The translations under genes were made by a program, and so were the position numbers. Shown here piece after piece: positions 51,770 through 59,155 of a DNA stretch of 59,155 nucleotides (position 1 is its first letter; the number at the start of each line of letters is the position of its first letter). Source of the DNA: Bacteroidota bacterium (lineage in GTDB: Bacteria > Bacteroidota > Bacteroidia > JABEUT01); NCBI GenBank assembly GCA_013285805.1, contig JABDGY010000004.1, positions 1 through 59,155 on the forward strand, written 5' to 3'. The notes below the pieces were generated by a model that saw only the letters and a list, made by a program, of their open reading frames with translations, did no database searches and was not told the DNA's origin.

Positions 51770-52509
51770 TTCCTGCTTTCTAATGATGTCCGGCTCATGA
51801 GCAGGAACAGGGTTGATATGCTTACGAAATAAATAACGTCGCGGGTATCAATAACACCACGGCTCATAGACGCGTAATGCGCGCTTATGCCCAGCTGTCC
51901 AATAAAGTTACCGGCAGTACCCGACGATAACAGGCTTCCGCCTATATAACCAAAACCGGCATAGCAGAAGAAGCATAATATTACCGCTACAATAAACGAT
52001 ATTACCTGGTTGCCCGTAATGGCAGAGGCGAAAACGCCTATAGATACAAAGCCACTGGCCAAAAATAAAAGCCCCAGGTATGAGCCCCATGTGCGTCCCA
52101 CATCAAGGTTTCCGGGCGGGTTACCTAATTTATAAACTGAATAATAGTATACCAGTGTAGGCAGCAGGGCCAGTACCACCAGCAGCACACAGGCCAGGAA
52201 TTTGGCAAGGGTTATCTGCAAATCGCTTATGGGGCGGGTGAGGAGCAACTCTATGGTCCCTGTCTTTTTTTCTTCGGCGAAGGAACGCATGGTTACCCCG
52301 GGAATAAGAAATAGAAACACCCAGGGAGCCATTACAAAAAGGGCATCAATACCGGCATAGCCGCCATCGAGTATGTTGGAGTCCATAGGCAGCACCCACA
52401 TGCAAAGCCCTATGGCAACCAGAAACACGCTTATTACAATATAGCCTATAAGCGAACTGAGGAATACCGATATTTCTTTCTTTAATAAAGCCAGCATAGT
52501 GAAGGACAA
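51763..52509 (-). CDS. gldF: Gliding-motility ABC-2 type permease GldF-like
   Basis: It has six hydrophobic helices. The N-terminus MLALLKKEISVFLSSLIGYIVISVFL matches the GldF pattern. The probable true start is at 52497. Confidence 0.75.
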   Translation of the reverse strand: MSFTMLALLKKEISVFLSSLIGYIVISVFLVAIGLCMWVLPMDSNILDGGYAGIDALFVMAPWVFLFLIPGVTMRSFAEEKKTGTIELLLTRPISDLQITLAKFLACVLLVVLALLPTLVYYYSVYKLGNPPGNLDVGRTWGSYLGLLFLASGFVSIGVFASAITGNQVISFIVAVILCFFCYAGFGYIGGSLLSSGTAGNFIGQLGISAHYASMSRGVIDTRDVIYFVSISTLFLLMSRTSLESRKW

Positions 52510-52513
52510 AGGT

Positions 52514-52554
52514 AATTTAAGATTTAAGATTTATGAAATAAGATTCAGGAATTT
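52514..52554. repeat. Word arm (TTAAGATTTAAGA family)
   Basis: The sequence is aatttaagatttaagatttatgaaataagattcaggaattt, immediately upstream of the gldF start. Confidence 0.45.
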
Positions 52555-52710
52555 ATTGAATGGTGGTTGTTAGTTAGTAAATGGTGGTTATTCTTTAGGG
52601 TAAGGAGTAAGCCGGTATCATATAATTGAGGCACTTTTTGCATTTTTATCTATTCCCTCTGTATCCCTATCTGGTATTAGTTTACAGCCGGTAATTCCTG
52701 TTTTTATAAT

Positions 52711-52751
52711 GGCGGTAATTGGCGGTAGATGGCGGTTATCGCCCCTCCCCC
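52711..52751. repeat. Three 10-bp GGCGGTA words plus a C-box (reverse-strand copy of the 27399 element)
   Basis: The sequence is ggcggtaatt ggcggtagat ggcggttatc gcccctccccc. Its reverse complement, gggggaggggcgataaccgccatctaccgccaattaccgcc, parallels 27399..27447. Confidence 0.5.
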
Positions 52752-52880
52752 TTTTTCTTGAATAAAAAGTAAGAAGTAATGGGTAAAAATTAAAATGGTG
52801 CCGGTACTAAGTGGTTTCATATATTTTCAAAAACTATGCTCATAAAATTACTACATAATTGTCATTTCTTCAAGTGAAAA

Positions 52881-52903
52881 GTGATGATGTTTTCAACAGC
52901 CCC
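52881..52903 (-). promoter_or_regulatory. TGTTGAAAAC box on the minus strand, upstream of the gldF-gldG operon
   Basis: The minus strand reads ggggctgttgaaaacatcatcac, versus gggggtgttgaaaactatatcac in motif copies 1 and 2. The rest of the 65-bp motif is not conserved here. Confidence 0.3.
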
Positions 52904-52911
52904 GTAAGAGC

Positions 52912-52960
52912 AGAAAGTAAAAAGTAATAGTTCCGACAATTAATACTTTTTACCTGTTAC
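52912..52960. repeat. Word-hairpin (GTAAAAAGTA family), likely a terminator of 52964..55264
   Basis: A perfect 10-bp stem joins gtaaaaagta (52916-52925) and tactttttac (52944-52953). It lies a few nt after the stop of the minus-strand gene. Confidence 0.6.
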
Positions 52961-52963
52961 GTA

Positions 52964-55264
52964 TTATCTAACAAGCGTAATGTTGCCTTTTTTGTTAATG
53001 GTGGTACCATCAAACAAGGTTGCCTGCAGGTAATATATATAAGTGCCGGTGTTCATAGGCTCGCCTTTAAAAGTGCCATCCCAACCTGTATTAACATCGT
53101 TGCTTTCAAACATTTTGTTTCCCCAGCGGTCGTAAATCATTAACGTCATTTGTTTTATACAGTAATCGTGCACAAGGAAAACATCGTTGTGGCCGTCACC
53201 GTTTGGTGAAAATGCATCAGGGATATATAATTCGGCGCAAATAATGTCGATAGTTACAAAAGCCATAGCCGTGCAACCATTGCTGTCGATAACTGTAACC
53301 GTATATGTGGTTGCCATTGTGGGTGCCACATTTATATTGCTTCCCGAAGAATTGTTGCTCCACTGGTAGGAATAGGGCGGGGTGCCTCCGCTGGCTGTAG
53401 CTGTTAAGGCAGTATTTGCGCCAGCCGTAATAGTTATGTTTGGTGAAACGCTCAACGTTAGCACAGCAGGTTGTGTAATGGTTACGGTTGCAATTGCGCC
53501 GCATCCGTTTGAATCGGATGTGGAAACAGTATAAGTACCCGGTGCAAGATTATTTATGGTTGCGCTGGTTTGCCCGTTTGGTAGCCAGTAATATGTGTAA
53601 GGGGGCTTGCCACCGGAGTCAACTGCAGTTACGCTGCCATTATTGTCGTTATAGCAACTTACATTTTGTATGTTCGTAGCTGGTATGCTTACAGCGGGAT
53701 CGGCTAACGCAGTAATAGTAATGGTGTCGTAATACGCAGTATCGGCATAGCCGGCAATATAAAGCACATATTTACCAGGGCATAGGTTGGTTAAATAGTT
53801 TGTAGTGTCGCCATTGCTCCACAAATATTTGTACATACCTGCATTGGCTCCGGTAAGTGTTGCCAGGGCCGTGCCATTGCACCCTGAACATGAATTTGTG
53901 CTTATTACAGTAAGTTTGGGTGGGGTAGGTACAAAGCACAAAACAGTATCGGGAGTGTTGTTTGTATTTTCAATGCCGCCGCTGTCAATAGTTCCCTGGT
54001 TAATGCTTGTAGCTGTAAATAAATGGCCTACACGGCCGCTGTCGTAACTTGTAATGGTTCCCCCTGTAAGGTAAGGCTGGCAAAAATCGCCTGTAGAATC
54101 GAGTTTGGCTGCATATAATTGATACCCGTGAGTGCTATATGCATCTGTATATCCTGCCACAAGGTATCCATGGTCTTTACTTTGCATGGCCCAACCGGCA
54201 CCATCGACTCCCTTTTTTCCGTAAACACTGGTCCATTGAATTTTTCCCACCGAGTCTATTTTAACTAAGTACGATTCGTAGGTACCGGGGCCGTATGAAT
54301 TGGTTTGCCCGGCAATAATATATCCTTTGTCGCTGCACTCTTTTATACAATTTGCATTATCATTATTTGTTCCTCCAATAGTTTCTGTCCATTTTACATT
54401 GCCGTTAGCATCTAGTTTTATAACATACACATTGCTTTTGCCGGCACCAAACGAAGTGCTGTATCCTGCAACAATATAACCACCGTCGCTGCATATGCAT
54501 ACAGAATTGCCCTCGTCGTCGCCTTTGCCGCCAATGGTTGTTGTCCACTGCACATTGCCTGCGGAATCGAGTTTGCTTACATACACATCAGAATCGCCGG
54601 GGCTCACTACCGAGTATCCTGCCATTATGTAACCATGGTCGGCGGTTTGTTTTATGTCGAACCCAATACTCCAGCTGTTGCCCGAATAGGTTTTGGTCCA
54701 CATTACGCTGCCTGCTGCATTGGTTTTTACCAGGTAGCTATTGTACATCCACCAGCCTGCGGTAGAACCGGTTCCGTAGGAACTGGTCCAACCCGTTATA
54801 GCAAATCCACCATCGGCAGTTTGAATTATACATGCTGCACCGTCGTTTCCTATGCCGCCAACGGTAAGGGTCCATAGTAAATTACCGGTAGAACTGAGCT
54901 TTACTGCATACACATCGCCACCAATGGTGGTGATAACACCATACGAATCGGTCCACCCTGCCAGGGCATAACCACCATCGCTGCAGTACGTCATGGAATT
55001 GCCGTAATCGCCCAGCTTTCCACCCACAGAACGTGCCCACTGTACATTAAAAAGCGAGTCAAGTTTTGTAAGGTATAAATCGTTTTGCCCTGCGCCAAAA
55101 GAACTGGTAGTACCGCTAATGGCATATCCACCATCTGTTGTAGGGGTAAGTATGCTTATGCCGTCGTTGCTGTAACCGCGCATAATAGCCATGCCCTGTT
55201 TTATTTGCCCATAGACAGAAAATACAATAGCAATAAAAAATATGGTGGTAAATATGCGTTTCAC
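52964..55264 (-). CDS. Large secreted protein: SBBP-like beta-propeller repeats, SprB-type repeats and a T9SS type B (gliding-associated) C-terminal domain
   Basis: It has a signal peptide and about 8 repeats of ..DGG(Y/F)..AG.T.S.G.G..D.Y..KLD..GN..W. SprB-like modules follow (CYNDNNGSVTA..GGKPPYTYYW..GTYTVSTSDSNGC). The C-terminus reads IPDAFSPNGDGHNDVF..YDRWGN..WDG. Confidence 0.8.
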   Translation of the reverse strand: MKRIFTTIFFIAIVFSVYGQIKQGMAIMRGYSNDGISILTPTTDGGYAISGTTSSFGAGQNDLYLTKLDSLFNVQWARSVGGKLGDYGNSMTYCSDGGYALAGWTDSYGVITTIGGDVYAVKLSSTGNLLWTLTVGGIGNDGAACIIQTADGGFAITGWTSSYGTGSTAGWWMYNSYLVKTNAAGSVMWTKTYSGNSWSIGFDIKQTADHGYIMAGYSVVSPGDSDVYVSKLDSAGNVQWTTTIGGKGDDEGNSVCICSDGGYIVAGYSTSFGAGKSNVYVIKLDANGNVKWTETIGGTNNDNANCIKECSDKGYIIAGQTNSYGPGTYESYLVKIDSVGKIQWTSVYGKKGVDGAGWAMQSKDHGYLVAGYTDAYSTHGYQLYAAKLDSTGDFCQPYLTGGTITSYDSGRVGHLFTATSINQGTIDSGGIENTNNTPDTVLCFVPTPPKLTVISTNSCSGCNGTALATLTGANAGMYKYLWSNGDTTNYLTNLCPGKYVLYIAGYADTAYYDTITITALADPAVSIPATNIQNVSCYNDNNGSVTAVDSGGKPPYTYYWLPNGQTSATINNLAPGTYTVSTSDSNGCGAIATVTITQPAVLTLSVSPNITITAGANTALTATASGGTPPYSYQWSNNSSGSNINVAPTMATTYTVTVIDSNGCTAMAFVTIDIICAELYIPDAFSPNGDGHNDVFLVHDYCIKQMTLMIYDRWGNKMFESNDVNTGWDGTFKGEPMNTGTYIYYLQATLFDGTTINKKGNITLVR

Positions 55265-55404
55265 TTTAGTGGAGCATTTAATTCAAAGATAAGCATTAAA
55301 GAAAGTTAAAACTAATAAGTTAAAGGTAATAGTTACGGTAATTATTGCCTGGCTTTAACGGGAATAATTGTATTTTCATGCCAGTAAATTTATTTTAAAC
55401 TTCC

Positions 55405-56460
55405 ATGAAGTATTCACTCAGACAAATAGTATACGGCATTATTTTATTAGTTTGTTTTTATAGCTGCGGGCTTATACATAAGCCCCGCACAGGGCCACAT
55501 GCCATAATTGTATTGGCTATGGATACTACCGGGTTTTACAAGCAAAATAATAATGGCGCAGTAATGAACCTGCAACTACTCGGAAAAAAAGATTCGGCTG
55601 TTGTAATGAAACGGTTAACTAAAATAGGGATTGATGAAAGCCAGGCCGACGTTTCAGTTAAAGACAACAGGATTACAGTTAAACTGTGGGGAATAATTGA
55701 GCCCGGGTTTGACATGGTGAATATCCGTAATTTGCTGCAGTCAGAAGGTGATTTGAGTTTCTGGGAAACATTTAACGCCAGTGAAATGGCCGACAGGCTT
55801 GTGCTGGCTAATAAAACAATAGCGGGCCTTATGCCGAAGGATTCGGGAAATGGTAATTCAATACACAATACACTTGTAAATGCCGATCCGTTGTTTAAAG
55901 TATTGCGAGTAAGAATAAATGATGAAACCGGGCGTATAATTACATACAGCAAGGGCGCGGAATTGGGTGATGCCCTTGCGGAAGATACGGCAAAGGTTGA
56001 CGAATACCTTAGGATGCCGGAGGTAAGGGTGATTTTTCCGCAAGATTCAAAATTTTTATGGGAGCGGCCCCGTGATAAAAATGAGCCGTTTTACCAGCTT
56101 GTTGCTGTAAGGTTGCCATTGGGTACAAGGCAGGCGCCCCTTTCGGGAGATATTATTACCGATGCAAGGCTGGAATACTATGATGGTGGAGGCTCTCATC
56201 CGCAAATATCGCTGACCATGAATCCTGTTGCTGCGCATGTGTGGGCAAACCTCACCTCGAATAATGTGGGCCGCTGTATTGCCATAGAATTTAATGGCAT
56301 AATCTATTCAGCGCCTATAGTGGAAAGCCAGATATCAGGAGGACGGTCATCTATTACAGGGAATTTTGACCCTATAGAAGCGAGGCAACTGGTGGCTATT
56401 CTCAGTGCCGGTTATATGCCTGTGCCGCTGAAAATAGTGGAGGAGAAAAGAGAGGAGTAA
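55405..56460 (+). CDS. SecD periplasmic (P1) domain-only protein with a single N-terminal anchor
   Basis: LQSEGDLSFWETF and ..VGRCIAIEFNGIIYSAPIVESQISGGRSSITGNFDPIEARQLVAILSAGYMPVPLKIVEE match the SecD P1 head/base pattern. The ORF ends before any of the 12 SecDF TM helices. Confidence 0.6.
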   Translation: MKYSLRQIVYGIILLVCFYSCGLIHKPRTGPHAIIVLAMDTTGFYKQNNNGAVMNLQLLGKKDSAVVMKRLTKIGIDESQADVSVKDNRITVKLWGIIEPGFDMVNIRNLLQSEGDLSFWETFNASEMADRLVLANKTIAGLMPKDSGNGNSIHNTLVNADPLFKVLRVRINDETGRIITYSKGAELGDALAEDTAKVDEYLRMPEVRVIFPQDSKFLWERPRDKNEPFYQLVAVRLPLGTRQAPLSGDIITDARLEYYDGGGSHPQISLTMNPVAAHVWANLTSNNVGRCIAIEFNGIIYSAPIVESQISGGRSSITGNFDPIEARQLVAILSAGYMPVPLKIVEEKREE

Positions 56461-56477
56461 GCATAAGCCACAACCAC

Positions 56478-57272
56478 ATGAAATTTACCGAATATTTAAA
56501 AAGGCAACTTACCGATTTTGTCGACGTGTATAAGCGGTACTTTAAAACCACCTATGGCGCGGCGCTGATACTTACCATATTCATGTTTATTATTTCGGCT
56601 GTGCTCATGAAGTTCAGTTCTTTCGATAGATCGGTTGAGGGTAAACTGTTAAGCATGATAAGTAATTTTGTTACACGATATAGCTTCAACGGAATATACA
56701 GCATTGTAGACCTTACCAAAACCATATTCCTTTATTTTATTTCGTTGTTTTCAGTGGCAGTATCACGCATTAAGCGGCCCCTGGCCGAGGGTGAAGACAG
56801 GGATAGTTTTGTATTGAGGCTCATACATGGCGAGGAAATTATTATCCTACTCATTCCGCTTGTGCTGTCGTGTGCTTTCGATGTTGGGGTCTACTATCTT
56901 GAATATCTGCTTAGAGATACGGGTGATTATACAAACTGGATATACGCCCTGTGTTTCGATTTCCGTGTTTATGTTCCAATATTGTTGTTTTCACTTTTTA
57001 TTTACCGCATACGGAGCGGAAAACTACTAAAGCTGAATTTTAAAAAGATAGTCTTCCTGTTGGCTTCATTCTGGATATTCAATGAATTCGCCTACGAGTT
57101 TATTCTCTTAATAAGGCATGTAGTTATGCGGTTATTCATTGCTATTTTCAAGGTCGATTTTTATTTCATACTCGAAACCGTAATGTTCATACCGGTAATG
57201 GCTTTTCTTTTCCTGGGTTATCATTCGGCTATGAGCACTTCAGCAGAATTGCTGAGCGAAGAAAAAGAGTAG
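56478..57272 (+). CDS. Polytopic membrane protein, unknown function
   Basis: It has 6-7 hydrophobic helices and no motif I recognised. Confidence 0.55.
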   Translation: MKFTEYLKRQLTDFVDVYKRYFKTTYGAALILTIFMFIISAVLMKFSSFDRSVEGKLLSMISNFVTRYSFNGIYSIVDLTKTIFLYFISLFSVAVSRIKRPLAEGEDRDSFVLRLIHGEEIIILLIPLVLSCAFDVGVYYLEYLLRDTGDYTNWIYALCFDFRVYVPILLFSLFIYRIRSGKLLKLNFKKIVFLLASFWIFNEFAYEFILLIRHVVMRLFIAIFKVDFYFILETVMFIPVMAFLFLGYHSAMSTSAELLSEEKE

Positions 57273-57278
57273 CAGGGT

Positions 57279-57791
57279 TTATTTCCTCCACACCAGGCAG
57301 TCGGCCATCATGTCGTGCAGCCCTTGTTTTCTTTCGGTAACACCTGCCATAATATAACCAATGCCAAATAGTGCGCCTGAAACCATCTTGCCAAAAAACC
57401 TGCCTGTAGCCTTGGTAAATGATATGCGGTTTCCATTGCTGTCGGTTACATAAATGCCCAATATCCATTTACCTACCGTGGCGCGTAAGGGTGAAGATTC
57501 CATGCCTGCAAAGTACATCCAGCTTATAAGAAAACCCATAAAAACAAGGTAATAATACATTATGGTGCCTATAATAAGGTACTTCAATTCATAGTCGGCT
57601 GAGCCAGTTAATGTAAAATGCGATTCAATAGATTTTAACAGGTCGGGGTGCGAATCAAGAAAATCGGTAAGTTGTTCGCGCATAAGCCAGTTAGAGTGCA
57701 GAACGAGGAATGCCAAAATGGCGCCATCGATAAAATAGGCAGCGGTCCTTGCCCAGAAACCCGCGTAACTGTCTGTTATAGTTGTTTCCAT
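57279..57791 (-). CDS. RDD-family membrane protein
   Basis: YAGFWARTAAYFIDGAILAF.., ..ATVGKWILGIYVTDSNGNRISFTKATGRFFGK.. and GLHDMMADCLV follow the RDD-domain pattern. Confidence 0.75.
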   Translation of the reverse strand: METTITDSYAGFWARTAAYFIDGAILAFLVLHSNWLMREQLTDFLDSHPDLLKSIESHFTLTGSADYELKYLIIGTIMYYYLVFMGFLISWMYFAGMESSPLRATVGKWILGIYVTDSNGNRISFTKATGRFFGKMVSGALFGIGYIMAGVTERKQGLHDMMADCLVWRK

Positions 57792-57836
57792 GAATTGCTT
57801 TTTACAAACATAATGAAATATGGAAATAAGCCAACC

Positions 57837-58424
57837 CTAACTCATCCACACAATGAAGGAGTAAATAATACCCCATTTCCCTTCCAGTTTACGGTAGTAA
57901 TACACTGTGCCCTGCCCGCATAGGTCGCCGCACAGCCAGTCTTCAAAAAATACGCAGGTATTAAGGTCCTTTGAAAATATGGGCACCGATATTCTGAAAA
58001 ACCCTGCCCTGTTATATTTCGTTCCGAAAGCCTCCCATCCGCGAAAATGGGATTTAAAAAGCGAGTCAATGGTTTTATGATCGATTAAAGTGACGCTTTT
58101 TAGCTGCCCTGTTTTCCATGTATACCCGTCCGACTGATTTATCTGTGAAAGTATAAAGCTGCTGTCGGCCATACTGAAAATGGTATCGAATACTCCGTGG
58201 GTGCGGCCGGGGGTAGTCATGGCACTAAAGAAGTTCATAATATCGCTATCCATTTTAAAGCCGGCGCAGTTTTCCAGTAAATATGTGCCTGTATCATCAG
58301 GAAGAACCTGGTTCATTACATTGAGGTAATCCTTTTCGGTGACCTTAGGATTTTCTGTTTGCGCATTTGCATTAACCATGCACCACAGGCAAATAGTAAA
58401 AAGCAATATGAGTTTTTTCATCAT
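57837..58424 (-). CDS. Secreted protein, unknown function
   Basis: The internal start MMKKLILLFTICLWCMVNANAQ gives a clean signal peptide and removes the overlap with the upstream gene. The ORF track extends to 58472. Confidence 0.55.
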   Translation of the reverse strand: MMKKLILLFTICLWCMVNANAQTENPKVTEKDYLNVMNQVLPDDTGTYLLENCAGFKMDSDIMNFFSAMTTPGRTHGVFDTIFSMADSSFILSQINQSDGYTWKTGQLKSVTLIDHKTIDSLFKSHFRGWEAFGTKYNRAGFFRISVPIFSKDLNTCVFFEDWLCGDLCGQGTVYYYRKLEGKWGIIYSFIVWMS

Positions 58425-58434
58425 GGGAGTGCTA

Positions 58435-58965
58435 TTATGCCAGCAGTTTAATAAATAATTCAGGCAGGCCAACTGCTACTCCAATGCCATAGGCAAAGTC
58501 GAGCCAGACAAAAGAGCCAATGGCGCCAAGGTAAATAAGGCCGACTATTGGCGCCACCAAGATGCGTTTAAAAAGGTTGCCATGTTTTTCAAAATGGTTC
58601 CATATGCTTTTGGCATCACCTACGCTGGGGAAGGCGTGCATGGCAATAGATACTCCGAGGTAAATAAGCAGGTAATCGGCCGGGTCGCCCTGGTTGAACT
58701 TAACAAGCGGGATGGAAGCGGGGAAGGCAATAAGGAAGCCCACAATGGTGTTTACAAAAAACGGGCCAATGCTAATCATAAGGCTTTGCCAGTTTTGTTT
58801 GGGCGTTTCATGAAGAACATAGCCTGCAGGGTTGCCGACGCGGAAGTAACAAACTTTAAACACAGGAACTTTAAATAGCCTGCAGAAAAGCTGGTGAGCA
58901 AATTCATGCACTATAATACCCGGACAGGTTAGTATGGAAATTATAAAGCCGGGAATGAAAAACAT
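58435..58965 (-). CDS. Membrane-embedded putative zinc metalloprotease (HExxH, DUF3267-like)
   Basis: It carries the HEFAH motif (IIVHEFAHQLFC) within a 4-5 TM protein. Confidence 0.6.
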   Translation of the reverse strand: MFFIPGFIISILTCPGIIVHEFAHQLFCRLFKVPVFKVCYFRVGNPAGYVLHETPKQNWQSLMISIGPFFVNTIVGFLIAFPASIPLVKFNQGDPADYLLIYLGVSIAMHAFPSVGDAKSIWNHFEKHGNLFKRILVAPIVGLIYLGAIGSFVWLDFAYGIGVAVGLPELFIKLLA

Positions 58966-58983
58966 AGTTCTATTCGTTAAGGG

Positions 58984-59154
58984 TTACCTGAAAATAGTTT
59001 TGCCGGTTAATATATTATCAAGGCGGTTATACACTACAGAGTCTTCGGGATTGCCGTCTTGTTTTATCCTGGTCAATAATCCGTTGGCCTGGGCCTGTTT
59101 GTTGCTGTAATAGTACACCATGGCAAGGGCTTCCAGCGACAATGCATTTGAAGA
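58984..59154 (-). CDS. 3' end of a TPR-like protein gene (5' part outside the window)
   Basis: The minus-strand frame is open from the window edge to TAA at 58984-58986. It encodes SSNALSLEALAMVYYYSNKQAQANGLLTRIKQDGNPEDSVVYNRLDNILTGKTIFR. It is not in the ORF track because it has no start codon in the window. Confidence 0.5.
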   Translation of the reverse strand, partial: SSNALSLEALAMVYYYSNKQAQANGLLTRIKQDGNPEDSVVYNRLDNILTGKTIFR

Positions 59155-59155
59155 A

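Noticed and set aside
52881-52903. Counting the minus-strand TGTTGAAAAC box upstream of gldF as a full fourth copy of the 65-bp phage-block motif.
   Set aside because: Only the first ~23 nt are similar. The remainder, including the spacing to any TAnnTTTG box, is not conserved. It is reported only as a shared decamer box.
24777-52960. Word repeats as CRISPR arrays or as a conventional MITE/REP family.
   Set aside because: Each locus has only 2-8 short degenerate words with no unique spacers, and there are no cas genes, so they are not CRISPR. Different loci share architecture but not sequence, and there are no terminal inverted repeats or target-site duplications, so they do not fit a classical MITE/REP description either.

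Overview
This 59-kb chromosomal window is from a Bacteroidota-type genome. The evidence is many secreted proteins with T9SS C-terminal sorting domains, gldF-gldG gliding genes and TAnnTTTG-type promoter boxes.

Layout:
- 0-23 kb: a 5'-truncated giant repetitive adhesin, T9SS beta-propeller proteins, TPR proteins, a TPR-TM-PP2C phosphatase, tandem PQQ-like propeller paralogues, a patatin-like phospholipase and a PrsW-like membrane protease.
- 23.5-47 kb: phage-derived HK97-type genes in three separated blocks.
  - Block (i), 23.7-26.1 kb: prohead protease and major capsid protein.
  - Block (ii), 39.8-42.9 kb, after about 13.5 kb of cellular genes: gp6-like connector, head-closure, gp10-like, tail-terminator-like and major tail proteins, plus a G/GT-type chaperone pair with an intact A9 -1 frameshift site.
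  - Block (iii), 44.5-46.9 kb, after an inserted secreted-protein gene: a short tape-measure-like protein, a SAM methyltransferase, a holin-like protein and a GH108 lysin.
- 47-59 kb: lipocalin-like lipoproteins, a PLP dehydratase, a VOC protein, gldG/gldF, a large T9SS type B protein, a SecD-P1-only protein, RDD proteins and an HExxH membrane protein.

I saw no terminase, portal, baseplate/fibre, integrase, repressor or replication genes anywhere in the window. Blocks (i) and (ii) are each preceded by a gap-free 65-bp motif (57/65 identical) that ends in a TATATTTG -7 box. Block (iii) has a weaker copy with the same spacing. I read this as a candidate domesticated, dispersed, co-regulated phage-particle (GTA-like) system.

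The second striking signal is an intergenic repeat family. Its arms are built from degenerate tandem 8-11-bp words, usually paired as long imperfect hairpins. The same word families occur between host genes and inside the phage blocks.

All family assignments are by eye from motifs. No database searches were run.
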